A stretch of 53,458 nucleotides of DNA, counting the filler, from Perkinsus olseni (Eukaryota): the NCBI GenBank assembly GCA_013115125.1. It is 3 parts of 3 records of this genome, joined end to end, with 100 filler letters (N's around TTAATTAATTAA, not from the genome) between each part and the next. Parts side by side here need not be neighbours in the genome. Positions count along the whole stretch, not along the records: positions 35,727 to 53,458 come from JABANN010000636.1; 2 more parts are not named here. One strand, given 5' to 3'. The notes beneath the pieces are model-generated. The model was given only the letters and a program-made list of their open reading frames with translations, did no database searches and was not told where the DNA came from. The first letter of the stretch is position 1; each line of letters begins with the position of its first letter. A program made the translations under genes and the position numbers. Below, one piece after another: positions 47,188 through 53,458 of the stretch.

Positions 47188-47381
47188 TCGCCCTTTGCGG
47201 CCTCCTTTGACTCGTGATTACTGTTGTGTTCAGCGAGTCTGCTGTGCAGCGTCCCACCAAGCTTTCAGCAGGAGCTTATACAATACTCATCAGCGCTGAT
47301 CGGGTTGATTGATGATTTATGCTACCGTGACAGCATCAACCTCTGTCTGGGTGTAGGTTGGAATCCGCTTTGTATTCTGTC

Positions 47382-50300
47382 AATGCGGCAACTAGTGTCG
47401 TTCGAGTCCGTCCGACAACCGTCAACGGCCTGCCTTAGCCGTGACGGCGAGAAGCTCCTCTACATAGCCGGCCATCAGCTCTCTATGGTGGACCTCGAGC
47501 TCTCCTCTAGTGTCACAAGGGCGCTCTCGACGGTGAGTGTTGTACCGTCCTACCGTGCCTTGGTTACCTCGCGAGGCTAGATACCATTGCCGAAGCCTCT
47601 GGAGGAGCAAGCTCACGAATTAAAGATGATAACGTTGAATGCCAGCGGCAGTCGGCAAGTGTGCATCTGGAATTCTGGCTGGTGTGTCGTCAAGAACTTG
47701 CCCAAGCCCGGGTGAGATCGTCAACAGCAACCGATTCTCTTTGGCAGAAATTTACTACTCAGGTTCCCTTGCCCGGTGGATGTGATGTTGGACGTGGAGA
47801 TACCGATACAGTCTGTGCAGCAGCTCACTCAGTCGACGCTGCTGTGCGTTGGGGACTGCGACCAGGAGGCCACTGTGCATGTGAGACTGATGGGGGGTGG
47901 CATTCATCCACTGCGACCTCGAAAGCTTCACACAGCTTAGCGATCGCCACCGCACAGCCCCTCTTCCAGGCATTTGACGGGCGGAATGGGCAGCTGCTGA
48001 GCTCGAACCTCTTCCCTGGCCTTCATTTTTTATCTGGCCTCGCCACCCTGCCTGTGGAGAGCGCTTCGACACCTACAGATGCCGCGGTGCCCGTTGAGCC
48101 TCGCGAGAGCTCCTCGGAGGGGGTATCGATCACTGGAGAAGACAGCCTTCAGGAATGTGGCTTCGCAGCCCTGTCGGGCACTCGCAGCGGCGATGGCGAA
48201 CCCACGCTATTCATGTAAGGCTCGGCCTGGACACGGCTCTCGTCTCTTGGCCAATACCTATCAAGATGTGGTGCGTTTCAGGTATCGGATATCAGTCGAA
48301 CGAGGACGGAATGACAAGGTCGATATCAAATCCGAGCGCATCGGCACCATTACGGTGCCAACACTACCTAGTGCCCTCATGTTCGACCATCGTAGCTCAG
48401 AAGATGACGGACAATATCGGATAGCAGCCCTCTCCGACGATGGCAAGATGTACCTCTCACCGCTGTGAAGAACCACGGACCATTCCTTCCTCCCATCAGA
48501 AGCATCTTCCAGTGGCGTCTGAACCCAGGTGTCGACACAGCGGCTTCTGGATCGAGCCCAGCAGAGTCTCCCGGTCTGAAGGTGTCCGCCCGTTGCGAGC
48601 ACTTAGCCTCTATCGGTAGCACTACATCGGAACTTCATATGGGCTGCGTACACTCCATTCCGCCTCACCTACTCAGTGTTGTTGTCAGTAATGTTGGTCC
48701 ATCCTTGCCGATCAGATAATTCACTGGCCTGTATCAAGTTGCAGGTGTGGGCCTCTGACATGCTCATTGTGAGCTCATCTGAGGGCATCTGTACGCTGGC
48801 GAGAGGGAGCTGATGTGGCAACTAAGCTCATCATGTCAGTTTATATCGACACCAGTTCGAATCCTGAGGACTTCCATCTCGTCAAGTTGAGTGGCTCCTC
48901 GGTCCTTTGCGGTCCCAGGAGCATTATTTACCAAGTGAATGTAGACAAGACCGTAGTGTACTCTACTTCGTACGACAAAGTCATACAGGTGCGGTCGGGA
49001 GGCGACGTCCTCAGCGTGTCAGTGAGAATCTCGGATGGCTTGCAGGTGTCCGTGTGCATCTTCGACGATGAGGACGAGTTGAAGAAGCCTGGCAATCGCA
49101 GGTCGAGGAGTGGTGGCGGGAAGAAGAAAAAGCGAGGGTCTAAAAAATGCAAAGATTCGTCTACTTTAAGTAAGCTCCGCTACGCACCTCATCTGCGCAG
49201 CTACGGAGGAGATGTTAACGTGGCATCTCAGGTTCCGCGGCGACCAGCGTCGATGGGGAAGCCGAGAACGGTGACGACGGTAATGCGCGAGTCGACGACA
49301 TCGAAGCTGCTAACCAGAAGCGTCTCCAGGCAAGTCGTCATATTATCTTTTAGGCCCTCATGCTTCTTGGGTCCACAGGTTTTGGAGGAATGGGAGAGTC
49401 TGGACCTGACGGCAATGTCTGCAGCGGACTATGCCGCCTGGACGAGGAGCTCGAGGAACACCCAAGGACTGCGGGCCGTGAGCAAACTCAGTAGAGCAAC
49501 GAATCCACGATGCGGGGCTGACGTGTATACCGCTCGAATTGGTGTAGGTAAGATAACCGGGGATGAGCCCAGTACCATCGAGGTTCGGGAGAAAGCGGGT
49601 AGGATCTTAAAAATGGTCAAGCGTCAGACGGTGCTGAGGAAAGAGGCTGCTGCGAAGGCGAAGCAGCCCCAGAGACGTGCTCTGAACCTGAGCAATGTAG
49701 GGTTGGAGTTGCGGGAGATGTGGTATGTCCTGGTTACTTCATGTCAGCTGCTTGCCTCCCAGAGGCTGGAAGAGACCCGGGATGTACCTACGGGCCCAGT
49801 ACGGCTGGAGAAGCCCAAAGACGTAAGTCTTCTCGATGCTGCTCACAGTGAAAACTCCATCATCTGCAGGACCTAGTTGTTGGTACGGCAAAGTGCGATG
49901 AGTACGGAGATGATATACCCGAGGTGGAGGAAAGTCCTGTGGATGAGGTGGATTACGGACAGGGGTAGAGAAAGGTCTTTCCCGTGTGATCTCTTCATTG
50001 GTCGTGCTGGCAGGGCGGATGAGGACGATGAGGACCGCCTGACGGAGGATGCTCCGACCTCTAAGTGGGAGCAGAGTACCGGTACCGACTGGCAAGGGGG
50101 GTCTGCCTGGGAGGAGAAGGACAGCTGGAAGTACTGTGCCCGATGAGGAACCGTTTTCGGTAGACGCTTTGCCGCAGGTCGAATGATAAGGACTGGTGGA
50201 AGAGCAATGAGGAGTCTTGGAAGAATGATGGGGACTCGTGGAAGGGCGATAGGAGCTCCTACGGCGGCTGGAGCGGATGGAAACGGCGCGACCAGGGTTA

Positions 50301-51129
50301 TGGGTGGTGGAACAATCAGAACAACAACTCTTATTCCTCCGAGAGCTGGGGTGACCGAGGGAGTCGCTCGGGAGACTGGAGGAGATGGGCTGACCGGTCC
50401 TGGGATGATAACGAGGATGATAAATGGGGGCAGAAGAACAAACGGTCCGACGCTGCAGAGGAAGAAGCAGCCTACGTTGCGGAGGAGATGTGGCAGGGTC
50501 CGGACGGCGACTGGTGGTTCAAATGCCCCTCCACTGGTGTTTGGAAACGTCAAACCGGAAGTGAGTACGACTTTTCTGGTGCTCGAAGTTGAGTCGGAAA
50601 ATTTCCAGAAGGCGAGCACCCCCCGAAGAAAAGATATCGTCAGCAACCGGACACGGAGACCCACAGCGCTACAGGAGACCGAACTGAGTGGTAGGAGGTC
50701 GATGCAGGGATCAGCAGATGCAGAATCGTTTGGTGCCAGGAGAATATCTGAAGACAAGACGGCCAAGCCTTCCGAGAGTGCTGCTAGTGCGCCCTCAAGA
50801 ACGTCCGAGGGCAGTAGGGAAACGCTTCATCTCGTTAAAGATGCTTTTCACTGTCAGGACGACCGAGGAGCGCCCAGCCAGCAGTCACTGACACTCCCGT
50901 TGACCCGCCGCCCACCAAAGTTCGGCCTCCCTCTGCGGTGTCCAACCGTGAGGCCTCTGTCGTTCACCTCAGCGCGCTATCATAACCCTCAGTTACTGAG
51001 AAAGTGATAGACTTGGACGACGATGAGCTTGACGTTCTACCTTACGTATTCCCGGACTCCTCCGACCCGGCCGAGACGTCTGCCGAGTTGCTGGCTTCTC
51101 GTGTGATTGCAGATGACGTTCTTGATTGA
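47382..51129 (+). CDS. Large multi-exon protein: beta-propeller-like N-terminus, basic NLS-like stretch, Trp-rich low-complexity region and acidic C-terminus
   Basis: ATG 47382 (MRQLVSFESV..). Splice phases are consistent through the exons checked (49170-49380, including a GC-AG intron at ~49330). Trp-rich exon at 50178-50560. Terminal exon ..VIDLDDDELDVLPY..ADDVLD*. Could be two genes. Confidence 0.5.
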
Positions 51130-52488
51130 TTACTAAGTTTTCTCTTCCCTCAGTGCATTGAGTTCCCCTAGTGTGCTTCATAATGTTGTGCCGTCGCAAG
51201 ACAGGCAAAATCAACATTGACTCACGGAATGGCCGCAGGGTACAGCCTACTTGGTGGAATGCATTGCTATAGCCGGGAAGCTCAATGAGGGCTCTCGTTC
51301 AATTAGCCTTTTCCTCGGCTTCGACGCCCCAGAACTGAGTTTATCAATGAATAGACGGAAGCCGGGCTCCTCATGGCGTTCGCTTTCGTACAAGTGAACC
51401 CCTACATGCTAAGTACGGTCAATTCCGCTGATTCCGCCCAATAGTATGGACGGGTACGCACATCGCCTCTCAAGGGTCTATAACTCAGTTGCCCCCGCCT
51501 ATAGTGACAACTAACTTAGTGACAACATTGCTGCTACCTGCCCACCTTGCTCTTTGTGCGCCTTTGCACATGGTTCGTACGCTCGTCCCAGTGAACACGT
51601 GCGTTCTACGTCATGCCATGGAGCATACGTTCATCATAAATCCACCAACTAGATCAGTTTTACCGAACTCCTCTCGAGCCCGCTTTTACCCTTCTTTGAG
51701 CCCCGTCTCTGTAGCCACACTGTACTGAGTTATAGTGCACACGTCACGATCAATCAAGGATTTTTGTGTGAGAGTGCTTTTATGTACGCGGGAGTTCCGA
51801 GTGTTGCAACTCCTCTCTCGCCAATCACAAGCAGCCCTCATTGACCAGGATAGGAGGTTCTGGCTCATCCACCGGGACCACGCTCATCCAACAAGAAGCT
51901 GCACGAGGCGTGAACGCTCTGATCAAAGGAATCCATAACCACTCCATGTGCCAGCGCTTCGCACAACTGAGCGCACAGTGACGCATTGTCTCCTAAGTTG
52001 GGCGTATCGCGGACATCAATTCACTGGCGATTAGGGATCACGATGTTCCAGGCTATTGCACTGCTCAGGTGTGCGATCGACGCAGATAACCACACTATAG
52101 CCTCGTGTTTACATGCGCGCAGTGTTCACACTCCTGACGTGTGCATGAGCATCGCCCTTTACCAATCGGAGATGTCCCGGACGAAGCATCCACGCAAGTC
52201 TTACGCACGAGTGCACAAATGAATTACACTCAAACTTGTCAATGAATGCACATACAATCATCGAATTTACCTTAGCTTCATGAGGTACAGCGGACACGAA
52301 TCGCGCCAACTCCTCCATGAAACTGCTATGACGCTTTTTAGGGCTCTACAAAGAGCTGTGCGTTCGATGGACATTGACGGACTTTGTGCCGGCTTTTACC
52401 TTGGGAATATAGCTAATTCGTGGGAATGTGGCCTAAGCTACAGCAGAATAACTGCAAAGCAAGCACCCGTTAGTTAAAGTCCGCCATC

Positions 52489-53271
52489 ATGAGCCCACTC
52501 GCAATCGTTCTGGCTATGTTCGTCGAGCTGGCCTCCGTGTTGTCCATCGAGGAGGGCCTTCGTCCTGGGACGTATGCTTATCAAGCTGAGAAGCCTGGTG
52601 GACTCTACATGTTCTACGACATCAACGAGAATTCTAGAGCAACCATCACTATCCGTTGCGGTGGTCAACTCGGTGTGCCGCCGTATCTACCTGGCCAAAT
52701 CAGCAGGCAACTGAACAGGGGTGGCCCAGAGCGCTTCAAGATCAAAACTGAACCCCGTGAGCTCGCTTCTTGGTACAAACAAGTAAAGAAGGCCTGCCCC
52801 GAATACAAGGACATGCCGGATATTCTCCTGGATACCATCGTGTTCGATGGAGCGCTTGGCAACAACGCTAAAGTTCCATTCTTTGGTTGGTTTTTGAATA
52901 TGAGGATGTTCTATAAGTCAGCTGCTGGGGGCTACTACGTTTACCATGACAGAGAATATCACTACAAGCTGACCATGAAGGTGACCGAGAAATCCTCCTC
53001 CGCCCCGCCACAGGTCAGCTACAAGTACATCTGCAGCGGTGGTACTTTGCCTTTCGGACCCTTTCCACTTAACCGGTTGGGGCGGGGTGGACAGTATCGG
53101 GTACAGTACAAGGGCAATGAGTACATCAACGTCCTTAACACGATACGTGATAAGTGCCGCGGTAGCCACCGGCCTACTATGGACGACTATCGTGTCATCG
53201 GCTTCGCCACAAAAGACACAATCTACACTACCACCAACGGCACTTATAAACCACTGTCAAAGAAAACCTGA
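52489..53271 (+). CDS. Intronless lineage-specific secreted protein with an apparent two-domain repeat
   Basis: 260-aa ORF with signal MSPLAIVLAMFVELASVLS. Two similar modules (PGTYAY..C..C and GGYYVY..C..C). Confidence 0.8.
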   Translation: MSPLAIVLAMFVELASVLSIEEGLRPGTYAYQAEKPGGLYMFYDINENSRATITIRCGGQLGVPPYLPGQISRQLNRGGPERFKIKTEPRELASWYKQVKKACPEYKDMPDILLDTIVFDGALGNNAKVPFFGWFLNMRMFYKSAAGGYYVYHDREYHYKLTMKVTEKSSSAPPQVSYKYICSGGTLPFGPFPLNRLGRGGQYRVQYKGNEYINVLNTIRDKCRGSHRPTMDDYRVIGFATKDTIYTTTNGTYKPLSKKT

Positions 53272-53458
53272 CCTTGGTCTTGGTATGTTTCACCGGCGTC
53301 CGTAAGACGTGCTGTTGCGAAGTTAGATGGTCCTTATCATTGAGGTCCCCCTAGGGAAGCTTTTTTTACTTTTTCGGAAGGGCACTGTTAGAGTTGTTAG
53401 TAGAGCCGTCCAGGTTCGGCGCGCCAATGTATATGCGTACACATATGAAGTTGATCGA

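Noticed and set aside
49873-51007. Long ORFs 49873..50766 (-) and 50183..51007 (+)
   Set aside because: Alternative-frame shadows of the Trp-rich exon. Splice phase supports the third frame.
51130-52480. Short ORFs in the 1.3-kb interval
   Set aside because: All frames are interrupted and no family is recognised.

Overview
Eukaryotic, gene-dense, intron-rich nuclear DNA, most consistent with a perkinsid alveolate (Perkinsus-like). The assignment is inferred from ~50-70 nt GT/GC-AG introns, an IspE with a long targeting leader, a type II H+-PPase and intronless secreted gene families. Two 100-nt gaps containing a TTAATTAATTAA linker (17774-17873, 35627-35726) split the window into three contigs. 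Recognisable genes: Mrc1/Claspin-motif protein, multi-TM protein with a TIR-like domain, DEAD-box helicase, A1 aspartic protease, B-box/WW fragment, C69 peptidase, TRM61, IspE, K+-independent H+-PPase, HAD-like protein, WDR59/Sea3-like RING protein, dihydroorotase, Far11/STRIP1, GH92 mannosidase and a protein with a Trp-rich tail. The most notable observations are (i) a TIR-like fold interrupted by a transmembrane hairpin, (ii) a long fold-back structure in an outsized helicase intron, (iii) a secreted 17-aa tandem-repeat protein missed by the ORF track, (iv) clusters of perfect intergenic palindromes, (v) a candidate LTR and a transposon-end/tRNA-like element, and (vi) a GH92 that appears to lack its general-acid Glu. 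Gene models were spliced by eye, so internal boundaries and some starts are approximate. No database searches were run.
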